Shown here: positions 10,871 through 20,346 of the stretch, piece after piece
Numbering within the stretch: the first letter of the stretch is position 1
Layout: each line of letters opens with the position of its first letter
From: Spirochaetia bacterium
GTDB taxonomy: Bacteria; Spirochaetota; Spirochaetia; SP-2023
DNA: 64,000 nt
Assembly: GCA_965225855.1 (NCBI GenBank)
Contig: CBDDCK010000005.1
Coordinates: 1,760,001 to 1,824,000 of the forward strand
Direction of reading: 5' to 3'
The notes under the pieces: generated by a model
Database searches by the model: none
What the model saw: only the letters and a program-made list of their open reading frames with translations
What the model was told of the DNA's origin: nothing
Program-made: the position numbers and the translations under genes

Positions 10871-11612
10871 CTACCTCTTGCGAACCAATATTTTTCACGT
10901 CCACAGTAAAAACATCTAAAATTGCCTTAGGCGTAATGACCTCTTTCGGCCTGCCCGATGCGTAGACTTTGTTATTGTATAAAATACTTACATTATCGGC
11001 ATATAGCTCTGCATGTATCAAGTCATGCAAAATGGCAACAACCGTTTTACCTTCTGCACTCAAACGCTTACCCATATCCAATAAAGAATACTGGTGGTGA
11101 GGGTCCAAGTGAGAAGTGGGTTCATCTAGTAGTACAATATCGGCTTCCTGCGCCAACAACATAGCCATGCGGCAACGTTGCAATTGGCCACCTGAAAGTT
11201 GAGAAACTTGCTTGCCAGCTAGTTCACTTACCTGCATTACGGCCATAGCTTCGGCCACAATCGCTAAATCGCTCTCGCTATAACGGGATAGAAAGCTTTG
11301 GTAACAATAACGCCCCTGCATAATCATATCATGAGCCGTCATAAATTCTGGGGCATGCATGGTCTGCGGCAGTACCGATAAATTTTGGGCTAAACTTTTT
11401 GCGTCATAATCATGGATAGATCTGCTAGCTATTTCAATCTGGCCGGACTTCAACGGCAAAACTCGGCTAATTAAGTTAAACAAAGTGGTTTTACCACAGC
11501 CGTTTGGCCCTAAAATTGCAGAAAACTTCCCCGTTTCAAAATCAATGCAAATATCTGTTAAAACGATATTTTCTCCATAACAATGGGAAACATTCTGAAC
11601 CGAAATAGCCAT
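10839..11612 (-). CDS. Iron-siderophore ABC transporter ATP-binding protein
   Basis: GPNGCGKTT, LSGGQ, LLDEPTSHLD. Confidence 0.93.
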   Translation of the reverse strand: MAISVQNVSHCYGENIVLTDICIDFETGKFSAILGPNGCGKTTLFNLISRVLPLKSGQIEIASRSIHDYDAKSLAQNLSVLPQTMHAPEFMTAHDMIMQGRYCYQSFLSRYSESDLAIVAEAMAVMQVSELAGKQVSQLSGGQLQRCRMAMLLAQEADIVLLDEPTSHLDPHHQYSLLDMGKRLSAEGKTVVAILHDLIHAELYADNVSILYNNKVYASGRPKEVITPKAILDVFTVDVKNIGSQEVGVYVPKYLVQ

Positions 11613-11653
11613 ACCGCCTACTACCCCAAATATTGCGCAAAAATATCCAGCAA

Positions 11654-12676
11654 TTACTTAGCGACCTGTACAAACTGGTCTAGTATCCAGTCCAAAGCCT
11701 TAAAAGTCATAGGATCTGCCATTTCACGGCTTAATACGATCATCTGCTCGTTCTTATAAGCACTGTTATACTCACGCCAGCCGGGGGCAATATCGTCAAA
11801 ACCTGCATAAATTGTTTCAACAGTTTCACCTGTTTGGTTACGAAAGGTGGACAGCAGCCAATCGGAGTTCATTTGTACAAATGTTTCAGCACTTAATTTA
11901 CGACAAGCTTCTGTTGGTTTGTATTGTTTTTCTAGGAACGATAATTTTTTGAAACCTAAATCATAGGCAACACGTGAAAACGCACCATAGTGGATACAAG
12001 CATAATACTGCGCTTTGCCCCGAAATGGGTGGGCATAAGCAATAATCTGTTTCTCAGGTGCGACAGAAAATTTTTCCTTAACTTGTTGAAGGCGGGCTTG
12101 ATATTTTTTATAGCTTGCATTGAATTGTTCCGATTTGCCTACCCAGCCTGCTAGATCTCTAAAAACAGGTAATGGGTCTGGTCTGCCGGCCTCAATAATA
12201 ACCGTTGGAGCAATGATAGAAAATTGTTTATAATTTTTGAGATGATATTCTGTGCCCACGATTAGGTCTGGTTTTGATGCTTTAATTTGCTCTATATCTT
12301 CGCCAAATGCGCCATAATTAGCCAGATTGAGGTCTTGGAATTTCACCCCATACACTTCCTCTACTCCGCGAATATAAGGGCGGTTATCTTCATCTCCTTT
12401 AGCTCTAGTTGCCGTACCGATTAGCGGCGCGCCTAAATCCCACAGCATGGCTGTTGTAGACAAAGTGTGTAGCGAAGCAATACGCTGGGGGTTGGTGGGA
12501 ATTTCCACAACATTCCCTACGTTATCGGTAACCGTTTTCATTGCAACCGTTTTAGCTGGGACATCCGTTTGTTGAGATTTGCCGGCATTGGCCGCTTTGG
12601 TATTCTGCCGCGTACAACTCACTTGGGTTAATATTAACGAAAAAGTGAATAGCAGCATTTGCTTATATAGTTTCAT
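11654..12676 (-). CDS. Iron-siderophore ABC substrate-binding lipoprotein (array copy 7)
   Basis: Lipobox-like QVSC; IPTNPQRIASL; EQIKASKPDLIV; IAPTV. Confidence 0.88.
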   Translation of the reverse strand: MKLYKQMLLFTFSLILTQVSCTRQNTKAANAGKSQQTDVPAKTVAMKTVTDNVGNVVEIPTNPQRIASLHTLSTTAMLWDLGAPLIGTATRAKGDEDNRPYIRGVEEVYGVKFQDLNLANYGAFGEDIEQIKASKPDLIVGTEYHLKNYKQFSIIAPTVIIEAGRPDPLPVFRDLAGWVGKSEQFNASYKKYQARLQQVKEKFSVAPEKQIIAYAHPFRGKAQYYACIHYGAFSRVAYDLGFKKLSFLEKQYKPTEACRKLSAETFVQMNSDWLLSTFRNQTGETVETIYAGFDDIAPGWREYNSAYKNEQMIVLSREMADPMTFKALDWILDQFVQVAK

Positions 12677-12715
12677 AAACTACTCCTGAAAAAATATAAT
12701 TTTTTGTCAATAACA

Positions 12716-13738
12716 TTATTTTGCGTATTTCTGAAACTGATCTAATACCCAGTTCATAGCGGTAAAGCACATGGGGATAGCCTTTTCACGATTTACAGCA
12801 ATAATCTGATTTTGCTGGTAGGCCGTGCTGTTGGCTTGCCAGCCGGGTGCGACATCGTCAAAACCTTTATATATATCTTCAACCGTTTGGCCTATTTGGC
12901 TTTTATATGAAGTCAAAAGCCAGTCGGGGTTGTTCTGGGCAAACGTTTCTGCGCTCAATCTGCCTCCAGTTTCATCTGCATTAAATAACTCTGTTAAAAA
13001 CGGTAGAGGCTGGAAGCCTAAATCGTAAGCAACTTTTGTAAAAGAACCATAATGGATGCGCCCGGCATACTGTGCTTTGCCCGGATATGGATGGACATAG
13101 GCAACAGTTTGCTGGCTGGGCGCCTTAGAAAATTTTGTGCGAACCTCCGCCAATCGTTGCCGATATTCGGCTTCTTTGGCCGCAAAGACTTCACTTTTAC
13201 CAACCCAAGAAGCTAGGTCTGAAAAGGTGCTAAATAAATCAATGGTAGAATCATTGACAACAATAGTAGGGGCAATGGCTGCGTATTTTGCATAATTCTT
13301 GGAATTTTCCATATTGGCCACAATTAAGTCAGGCTGCGAAAATTTCACTTGCTCTATATCACTGCCCATCCTGCCATAACTGGCTAATTGTGTGTCTTGA
13401 AACCGTAGATCATAGACTTCTTCGACAAAACGCATATAAGTTCGTTTATCCTCGTTGGCCTTAATGCTAGTAGCTGTACCTATAAGCGGTGCGCCTAAAT
13501 CCCACAACATAACGGTGATGGTCATAGCACGCAGCGAGGCAATTCGCTTGGGGTTGGTAGGAATTTCTACTTTGTTGCCAAAATGGTCGGTAATGGTTTT
13601 CATCTCAACTGTTTTTTCAGCTGGAAGATCTCCTCCTTGTTTGCCATTATTGGCTGCTTTTGTATTTTGACGCGTACAACTAAATTGTGTTAATATTAAC
13701 AAAAAAATAAATAGCAACATTTGCTTATATAGTTTCAT
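12716..13738 (-). CDS. Iron-siderophore ABC substrate-binding lipoprotein (copy 6)
   Basis: Same family motifs (PKRIASL, QPDLIV, IAPTI). Confidence 0.88.
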   Translation of the reverse strand: MKLYKQMLLFIFLLILTQFSCTRQNTKAANNGKQGGDLPAEKTVEMKTITDHFGNKVEIPTNPKRIASLRAMTITVMLWDLGAPLIGTATSIKANEDKRTYMRFVEEVYDLRFQDTQLASYGRMGSDIEQVKFSQPDLIVANMENSKNYAKYAAIAPTIVVNDSTIDLFSTFSDLASWVGKSEVFAAKEAEYRQRLAEVRTKFSKAPSQQTVAYVHPYPGKAQYAGRIHYGSFTKVAYDLGFQPLPFLTELFNADETGGRLSAETFAQNNPDWLLTSYKSQIGQTVEDIYKGFDDVAPGWQANSTAYQQNQIIAVNREKAIPMCFTAMNWVLDQFQKYAK

Positions 13739-13828
13739 AAATTACTCTTTCATTTTCTAACATGATAGATTCTTTTTTGTCCATGTTGTTAACGGATTAT
13801 TGCAATTTGGGGCGTCCCAATACATGAC

Positions 13829-14806
13829 TCATGATATATAATGAACATTCATATTTAAAACGCCAAAAGAGGGGGATATATAAGACCTCGGCATGATAAT
13901 AAGCTGACCTTGGGCACAGGCTTTTAAATTTTTACAGTAATTTTTCATCAAGGTCTGCCACTCTTCTCGTGATTTCAAAGGGCCATAACCATCGGTAAAG
14001 TCAATGTACGTTCCAAAAACGAAATCTGCCTCTTGTTCGTTTAAAACCTCAGCACTAATGGGTTGTTGCCATTTACCAGCAGAGCGCATATCTTTAATCA
14101 TTTTCGAGGGCTTGAATCCCAAATCATCCAAAACCTTATGTAATACGCCCAATGCTTGATAGGCAAAAATTTTACCATCCCACGCCTCTAAGATACCATA
14201 GATGTATTCGCGCCCACGCAACCAAGTCTTACCCTTGTCAATTAGAGTGTTATACAGTTTCATTTTGTCTTTATAGTCAGACAATGTACCAGACACATCG
14301 GCTAAATCCTTGAAATAGTCTAAAATATTGGCTTGTCCATCATCTAGCAAAACCGTAGGAGCAATTTTTTCCAATTTAGGCAACATCTCCTCTTGCCATT
14401 TTAATAAGACAATCAAATCAGGCTTGATAGCAGCAGTTTTTTCAAAATCAATTGCATCGGCTGTGCCAATAAATTCAATGTTTGCATTTTCGTAGCTAAT
14501 ACCCAAAATATCACGCACAGAACGCATAAATGGATTTTTATCTTTATCAACACGACCTTGTGAACCGGCAATTTTTGCTCCTAAATCCAACAAAGGCAAG
14601 GAAACAAAGTGGTCTGACAACGAAATAATACGTTTAGGCTGCACAGGAATTTCTATTGTACGGTTAGATGAATCTGTATAAGAACGGAAATCTCTTCCTT
14701 GTTTACCATTATTGGTATTGGCTGCTTTTGTATTTTGGCGCGTACAACTAACTTGGGTTAATATTAACAACAAAGTGAATAGCAACATTTGCTTATATAG
14801 TTTCAT
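13829..14806 (-). CDS. Iron-siderophore ABC substrate-binding lipoprotein (copy 5, most divergent; C-terminus probably shortened by a frameshift)
   Basis: PVQPKRIISL, KPDLIV, LEKIAPTV. Ends abruptly at a short TA run. Confidence 0.82.
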   Translation of the reverse strand: MKLYKQMLLFTLLLILTQVSCTRQNTKAANTNNGKQGRDFRSYTDSSNRTIEIPVQPKRIISLSDHFVSLPLLDLGAKIAGSQGRVDKDKNPFMRSVRDILGISYENANIEFIGTADAIDFEKTAAIKPDLIVLLKWQEEMLPKLEKIAPTVLLDDGQANILDYFKDLADVSGTLSDYKDKMKLYNTLIDKGKTWLRGREYIYGILEAWDGKIFAYQALGVLHKVLDDLGFKPSKMIKDMRSAGKWQQPISAEVLNEQEADFVFGTYIDFTDGYGPLKSREEWQTLMKNYCKNLKACAQGQLIIMPRSYISPSFGVLNMNVHYIS

Positions 14807-14844
14807 AAACTACTCCTGAAAAAATATAATTTTTGTCAATAACA

Positions 14845-16725
14845 TTATTTTGCGTATTGTTCCAACTGATCTAACACCCAATTTAAAGATTTAAAAGTCA
14901 TCGGATCTGCCATTTCACGGCTTAATACGATCATCTGCTCGTTCTTATAAGCACTGTTATACTCACGCCAACCAGGGGTAATATCGTCAAAGCCTTTGTA
15001 AATGTCCTCTACGGTTTGCCCAAATTGGTTACGGAATGTGGACAAAAACCAATCTGGGTTCATTTGCCCAAATGTTTCTGCACTTAACTTACGGCAAGCT
15101 TCTGTTGGTTTGTACTGTTTTTCTAAGAACGGTAATTTTTTGAAACCTAAATCATAGGCAACACGTGAAAACGCACCATAGTAGATACAAGCATAATATT
15201 GCGCTTCGCCCGGAAGTGGTTGGGCGTAAGCAATAATCTGTTTCTCAGGTGCGACAGAAAATTTTTCCTTAATTTGTTGAAGGCGGGCTTGGTATTTTTT
15301 ATAGCTTGCATTGAATTGTTCCGATTTGCCTACCCAGCCTGCTAGGTCTCTGAACACAGGTAATGGGTCTGGTCTGCCAGCCTCAATAATAACCGTTGGA
15401 GCAATGATAGACAATTGTTTATAATTTTTGAGATGATATTCCGCACCCACAATTAGGTCTGGTTTTGATGCTTTAATTTGTTCTATATCTTCGCCAAAAG
15501 AGCCGTAATTAGCCAAGTCGAAGTCTTGGAATTTCACCTCATACACTTCCTCTACCCCGCGAATATACGGGCGGTTATTCTCATCTCCCTTAGGTCTAGT
15601 TGCAGTGCCGATTAGCGGTGCGCCTAAATCCCACAGCATGGCTGTCGTGGATAGAGTGTGTAACGAAGCAATGCGCTGGGAGTTAGTGGGAATTTCTGCA
15701 ATATGTTGAAAATGATCTACTACAATTTTCGTAGTCGCTTTTCCTTTTTGAGCAACCTGAAAAAACTCATCAAGAATTAGGTCATAAGTTTTAAAACTGG
15801 TTGCAAAACTGGTTTCACGATTGCCGAGTATAAAGGTATTGTTTTGATAAGCCTTTGTAAATTTTCTCCAACCGGGCATTGCTATATCTAAAGTTTCAAA
15901 AAATTTTTGCTTGCTCACTCCGTACTGTCCGCGATAAGTGCTCAACAAATAATCAGCATCCAGAATTTCCCCCAGCACCTCCATACTAAATTTTCTGCTA
16001 TCAGTTATCTTACCGTTGTTAAATTCTTTGACGTAAAACGGATGCGCTTTGATTTCTAAATCGTAAGCCACTTTCGTCATGGCGCCATAATGGAAATAAC
16101 CAGAAAACAGGTCTCCTTTCAAACCTGCAAAATAGGCAATTGTCTTCTGACTGAGATCTTCTGGGAACTTAGCTTTGACTGCTTCGAGTTTCTCTTTATA
16201 GGATTTTTCTTTGGCATCAAAAAAATCTTTTTGCCCAATCCATTTGGCTAAATCGCCATAATGCTGATGTTTGTAATCTATCAAGATCGTTGGAGCAATT
16301 TTGGAGAGTTTCTCATAAAATTTTTGATGATAGAGTCCACCGATAATCAAATCCGGTTTAGAAGCTTTGACTCGTTCCAAATCTTCACCCATAGTACCAT
16401 AATCTGCCCAGCCTTTTTGAGAAAAATCCAAGCCAAACAATTCATAACCTGAACGAATATAGCGAATATTTTCAGGTTTTTTTATTCTGGTTGATGCGCC
16501 AATGATAGATGCTTTTATTTCATACAGCATTACTGTGATTGGATAGTGCAGTGAAGCAATGCGCTTAGGGTTGGTGGGAATTTCTACTTTGTTGCCCGCA
16601 TGATCGGTAATGGTTTTGGTTGCAGTTGGTTGCGCCGAAGGCTCTGCTATTTGCTTGCCTTTGCTGGGATTTTGTCTTGTGCAGCTCATATATAGCAATA
16701 AAAATATGTAAATATAGAGTTTCAT
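14845..16725 (-). CDS. Double-domain iron-siderophore substrate-binding lipoprotein (copy 4, fusion)
   Basis: Two complete SBP domains. The second is near-identical to 11654-12676. Confidence 0.88.
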   Translation of the reverse strand: MKLYIYIFLLLYMSCTRQNPSKGKQIAEPSAQPTATKTITDHAGNKVEIPTNPKRIASLHYPITVMLYEIKASIIGASTRIKKPENIRYIRSGYELFGLDFSQKGWADYGTMGEDLERVKASKPDLIIGGLYHQKFYEKLSKIAPTILIDYKHQHYGDLAKWIGQKDFFDAKEKSYKEKLEAVKAKFPEDLSQKTIAYFAGLKGDLFSGYFHYGAMTKVAYDLEIKAHPFYVKEFNNGKITDSRKFSMEVLGEILDADYLLSTYRGQYGVSKQKFFETLDIAMPGWRKFTKAYQNNTFILGNRETSFATSFKTYDLILDEFFQVAQKGKATTKIVVDHFQHIAEIPTNSQRIASLHTLSTTAMLWDLGAPLIGTATRPKGDENNRPYIRGVEEVYEVKFQDFDLANYGSFGEDIEQIKASKPDLIVGAEYHLKNYKQLSIIAPTVIIEAGRPDPLPVFRDLAGWVGKSEQFNASYKKYQARLQQIKEKFSVAPEKQIIAYAQPLPGEAQYYACIYYGAFSRVAYDLGFKKLPFLEKQYKPTEACRKLSAETFGQMNPDWFLSTFRNQFGQTVEDIYKGFDDITPGWREYNSAYKNEQMIVLSREMADPMTFKSLNWVLDQLEQYAK

Positions 16726-16762
16726 AAAATCTCCCTAAAAATATATTTTTTTGTCAATAATA

Positions 16763-17758
16763 TTATTTTGCGTGCTTAGCAAATTCATCTAGTACAATAT
16801 CCATGACTCTAAAGGACATAGGGCGAGAACTTTCACGCGGGAATACCACAGTTTTTTGTGCTTGATAAGCAGGAATAAAATCTTTCCAGCCGGGAGCAAT
16901 ATCATCAAAACCGCTATAAACCGTTTCAGGAGTTTCGCCCCGCTGATTGTTGTAAGTTGAAAAAAGCCAGTCTGCTTGTATTTGGGGTAAATATTCGGCA
17001 CTAAGTTTGCCTCCTACATCATCTTCTTTTGGGAATTGTTGCGCAGTAAATGGTTCTATTTTAAACCCTAAATCATAAGCAACATGCGTTAGCGCACCAT
17101 AATGTTTGCGGGCTTCAAACATGGCTTTTCCCGCAAGAGGCAAAGCATAAGCAATAGTCTGCTCACTAGGTGGCTGAGAAAACATAGCTTTTGTTTTGGC
17201 CAGTTTGTTCAAATATAATTTTTTCTTTTGTTCAAAGACGGCTGTTTTGTTTACCCATTCCGCCAAATCTCGGTATATCTCAAACATATTATAAGTGCCT
17301 TGACTAATAATGATGGTGGGGGCAATGGCTGCTAGCTGTTGATATTGTTTGCTGTGTTCTTGGGTACCAACAATTAAATCTGGAACCGACTTTTTAATTT
17401 GTTCTATATCCTGACCTTTTTTACCATAGTTAAAAAGGTTTGTATCCTGAAATTTAACGTGAAACACTTCTTCTACCGAGCGAATATAAGGGCGGTTATT
17501 ATCCTCTGCTTTTAGCCGTGTAGCTGTGCCTATAAGCGGGGCTTCTAAATCCCACAACATATGCGTTGTAGATAAAGTGTGCAATGAAGCAATTCGCTTG
17601 GGGTTTTGGGGTATTTGTACTGTATGCCCCGCATGATCGGTAATGGTTTTGGTTGCAGTTGGTTGCGCCGAAGGTTTTGCTATTTGCTTGCCTTTGTTAG
17701 GATTTTGTCTTGCGCAGCTCATAGATAGCAATAAAAATATGTAAATATAGAGTTTCAT
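16763..17758 (-). CDS. Iron-siderophore ABC substrate-binding lipoprotein (copy 3)
   Basis: Lipobox SMSC; PKRIASLHTL; PDLIVG; IAPTI. Confidence 0.88.
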   Translation of the reverse strand: MKLYIYIFLLLSMSCARQNPNKGKQIAKPSAQPTATKTITDHAGHTVQIPQNPKRIASLHTLSTTHMLWDLEAPLIGTATRLKAEDNNRPYIRSVEEVFHVKFQDTNLFNYGKKGQDIEQIKKSVPDLIVGTQEHSKQYQQLAAIAPTIIISQGTYNMFEIYRDLAEWVNKTAVFEQKKKLYLNKLAKTKAMFSQPPSEQTIAYALPLAGKAMFEARKHYGALTHVAYDLGFKIEPFTAQQFPKEDDVGGKLSAEYLPQIQADWLFSTYNNQRGETPETVYSGFDDIAPGWKDFIPAYQAQKTVVFPRESSRPMSFRVMDIVLDEFAKHAK

Positions 17759-17826
17759 AAAATCTCCTTAAACAAGACTTTAAATATATGCTAACTTCAA
17801 ATACGAAGGCTCTAAGTTATTTGGAA

Positions 17827-18819
17827 TTATTTGGCAAATTTTTCAAAAACATTAACAACCTCATTTAATGCCTTAAAAGAAGTCATCGTTTTGGCACGGT
17901 TCATGATAATAATTTGCTTATTTTTATATGCAGCATTGTAGTTTTTCCAACCAGGCGCAATATCGTCTAACGCGCTGTAAACATCGGAAGTTGTTTCACC
18001 AAACTGGTGATGATATGTAATTAATAACCAATCAGGATTAAATTGACCAAAGGTTTCAGAACTTAATTTGCTGCAATTTGCGTTAGGGTCGGACAACTGT
18101 TGTTCTACATACGGAAGATTTTTGAAACCAAGGTCATAGGCAACAATGGTAAACGCACCGTATCCACGGCATGTGAGGTACTTTGCTTTGCCTTTATAAG
18201 GATGCATATACGCTACAGTTTGATTCTTCGGATCTTTAGAAAATTTAGCTTTCAAAGACTGAATACGTTTCTTGTAAGACTTTTCTTTTTTTCTGAACTC
18301 ATCTTCTTTGCCCACCCAAGAGGCAAGATCTTTGAATACACCGTACGTAGCGGTCATCTCAGTATTAATCAAAACTGTCGGAGCAATGTCAGAGAGCTTT
18401 TCATAGTTTTTCAAATTCTTCAAACGACCGACAATCAAGTCAGGTTTTGACAATTTTATTTGTTCAATATCTTCTCCAAATTTACCGTAGTTAAAGAGTT
18501 GAGTATCGTGGAACTTTACGCCATAAAGCTCTTCCACACCACGAATATGAGGACGGTTATTTTCGTCTTTTTTCAAACGTGTAGAAACCCCTATTAGATC
18601 AGCTTCCAGATCAAACAACATAACCGATGTTGTAAGGGTGTGCAAAGAAGCAATACGCTTAGGATTTCTTGGTATTTCTACTTTGTTACCCACATGATCG
18701 GTAATGGTTTTGGTTGCAGTTGGTTGCGCCGAAGGTTCTGCTATTTGCTTGCCTTTGCTGGGATTTTGTCTTGCGCAGCTCATAGATAGCAATAAAAATA
18801 TGTAAATATAGAGTTTCAT
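17827..18819 (-). CDS. Iron-siderophore ABC substrate-binding lipoprotein (copy 2)
   Basis: Near-duplicate of 18888-19880. Confidence 0.88.
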   Translation of the reverse strand: MKLYIYIFLLLSMSCARQNPSKGKQIAEPSAQPTATKTITDHVGNKVEIPRNPKRIASLHTLTTSVMLFDLEADLIGVSTRLKKDENNRPHIRGVEELYGVKFHDTQLFNYGKFGEDIEQIKLSKPDLIVGRLKNLKNYEKLSDIAPTVLINTEMTATYGVFKDLASWVGKEDEFRKKEKSYKKRIQSLKAKFSKDPKNQTVAYMHPYKGKAKYLTCRGYGAFTIVAYDLGFKNLPYVEQQLSDPNANCSKLSSETFGQFNPDWLLITYHHQFGETTSDVYSALDDIAPGWKNYNAAYKNKQIIIMNRAKTMTSFKALNEVVNVFEKFAK

Positions 18820-18887
18820 AAAATCTCCTTAAACAAGACTTTAAATATATGCTAACTTCAAATACGAAGGCTCTAAGTTATTTGGAA

Positions 18888-19880
18888 TTATTTAGCAAAT
18901 TTTTCAAAAACATTAACAACCTCATTTAATGCCTTAAAAGAAGTCATCGTTTTGGCACGGTTCATGATAATAATTTGTTTATTTTTGTACGCAGAATTGT
19001 AGTTTTTCCAACCAGGCGCAATATCGTCTAACGCTACATAAACATCGTCCACTGTTTCGCCGAATTGATGGCGATATGTTGATAGCATCCAATCTGGGTT
19101 AAACTGCGCAAAAGTTTCAGAACTTAATTTAGCGCACTTTGCATTAGGGTCGGACAACTGTTGTTCTACATACGGAAGATTTTTGAAGCCAAGGTCATAG
19201 GCAACAATGGTAAATGCGCTGTACCCACGGCATGTGAGGTACTTTGCTTTGCCTTTATAAGGATGCATATACGCTACTGTTTGTTCTTTAGGATTTTTAG
19301 AAAACTTAGCTTTTACAGATTGTAGACGATTTTTGTACAGCTTTTCTTTTTTGTTAAACTCAGATTCCTTACCTACCCAAGAAGCAAGGTCTTTGAATAC
19401 CCCATACATATTGGGTCGCACCCCATCAATTAATACTGTTGGAGCAATGCCAGAAAGTTGTTTGTATTTTTTAAAATCATTTAATCGACCAACTATTAAG
19501 TCCGGTTTTGACAATTTTATTTGTTCAATATCTTCTCCAAATTTACCGTAGTTAAATAATTGGGTATTCTCAAATTTTACGCCATAAAGTTCTTCCACAC
19601 CACGAATATAAGGACGGTTATTTTCGTCTTTCTTCAAACGTGTAGAAACCCCTATTAGATCAGCTTCCAGATCAAACAACATAACCGATGTTGTAAGGGT
19701 GTGCAAAGAAGCAATACGCTTAGGATTTCTTGGTATTTCTACTTTGTTACCCGCATGATCGGTAATGGTTTTGGTTGCAGTTGGTTGCGCCGAAGGCTCT
19801 GCTATTTGCTTGCCTTTGCTGGGATTTTGTCTTGCGCAGCTCATAGATAGCAATAAAAATATGTAAATATAGAGTTTCAT
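18888..19880 (-). CDS. Iron-siderophore ABC substrate-binding lipoprotein (copy 1)
   Basis: Lipobox SMSC; family motifs. Confidence 0.88.
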   Translation of the reverse strand: MKLYIYIFLLLSMSCARQNPSKGKQIAEPSAQPTATKTITDHAGNKVEIPRNPKRIASLHTLTTSVMLFDLEADLIGVSTRLKKDENNRPYIRGVEELYGVKFENTQLFNYGKFGEDIEQIKLSKPDLIVGRLNDFKKYKQLSGIAPTVLIDGVRPNMYGVFKDLASWVGKESEFNKKEKLYKNRLQSVKAKFSKNPKEQTVAYMHPYKGKAKYLTCRGYSAFTIVAYDLGFKNLPYVEQQLSDPNAKCAKLSSETFAQFNPDWMLSTYRHQFGETVDDVYVALDDIAPGWKNYNSAYKNKQIIIMNRAKTMTSFKALNEVVNVFEKFAK

Positions 19881-19918
19881 AAAATCTCCTTAAAAGATAT
19901 ATTTTTTTGTCAATAACA

Positions 19919-20006
19919 TTATTTTGCGTGCTTAGCAAACAGATCTAATACCCAGTTCATAGTGGTAAAGCACATGGGGATAGCCTTTTCGCGATTTACA
20001 ACAATA
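19919..20006 (-). pseudogene. Orphan 3' end of an additional SBP gene
   Basis: Translates to IVVNREKAIPMCFTTMNWVLDLFAKHAK*. This matches the C-terminus of 12716-13738, with the tail of 16763-17758. Confidence 0.85.
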
Positions 20007-20025
20007 AAAAATAATCAAAGGTTAA

Positions 20026-20093
20026 AATAACGATTATGATTATGGTTATCGAAAATAAAATTGGACTATAAAGAAGTAATATTTTTAGGTCAA
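20026..20093 (-). promoter_or_regulatory. Sigma70 promoter plus Fur-box-like operator for the iron-uptake operon
   Basis: Minus strand TTGACC (20093-20088)-N17-TATAGT (20070-20065), followed by GATAAC-CATAAT-CATAAT-CGTTAT hexamers (20050-20027) resembling the GATAAT Fur consensus. Confidence 0.65.
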
Positions 20094-20192
20094 TAAAGTT
20101 TTGCGATTTATTTATATTCATAAACAAATAAATCACAATTATTTTAGAACCACTTGACAATAATCCAGAATATTACATGATGTACCCAACTT

Positions 20193-20265
20193 TCCTCTGT
20201 AGCTCAGTTGGTAGAGCAGGTGGCTGTTAACCACCTTGTCGGGGGTTCGAGTCCCTCCGGAGGAG
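20193..20265 (+). tRNA. tRNA-Asn(GTT)
   Basis: TCCTCTG/CGGAGGA acceptor stem, AGCTCAGTTGGTAGAGC D arm, anticodon loop CTGTTAA, GGTTCGAGTCC T arm. TTGACA lies upstream at 20154. CCA not encoded. Confidence 0.96.
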
Positions 20266-20267
20266 TT

Positions 20268-20297
20268 GCCACACTTTGTGTGTGGCTTTTTTATTTG
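20268..20297 (+). terminator. Intrinsic terminator after tRNA-Asn
   Basis: GCCACAC-tttgt-GTGTGGC followed by a T run. Confidence 0.75.
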
Positions 20298-20346
20298 CCA
20301 TCGCAAGTACACTATCACAAGTTATAAAGGCTGGTCTTACAAACCC

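Noticed and set aside
20236..20346. N-terminal extension of the YgjP-like ORF
   Set aside because: Overlaps tRNA-Asn and its terminator; the start at 20347 is more plausible
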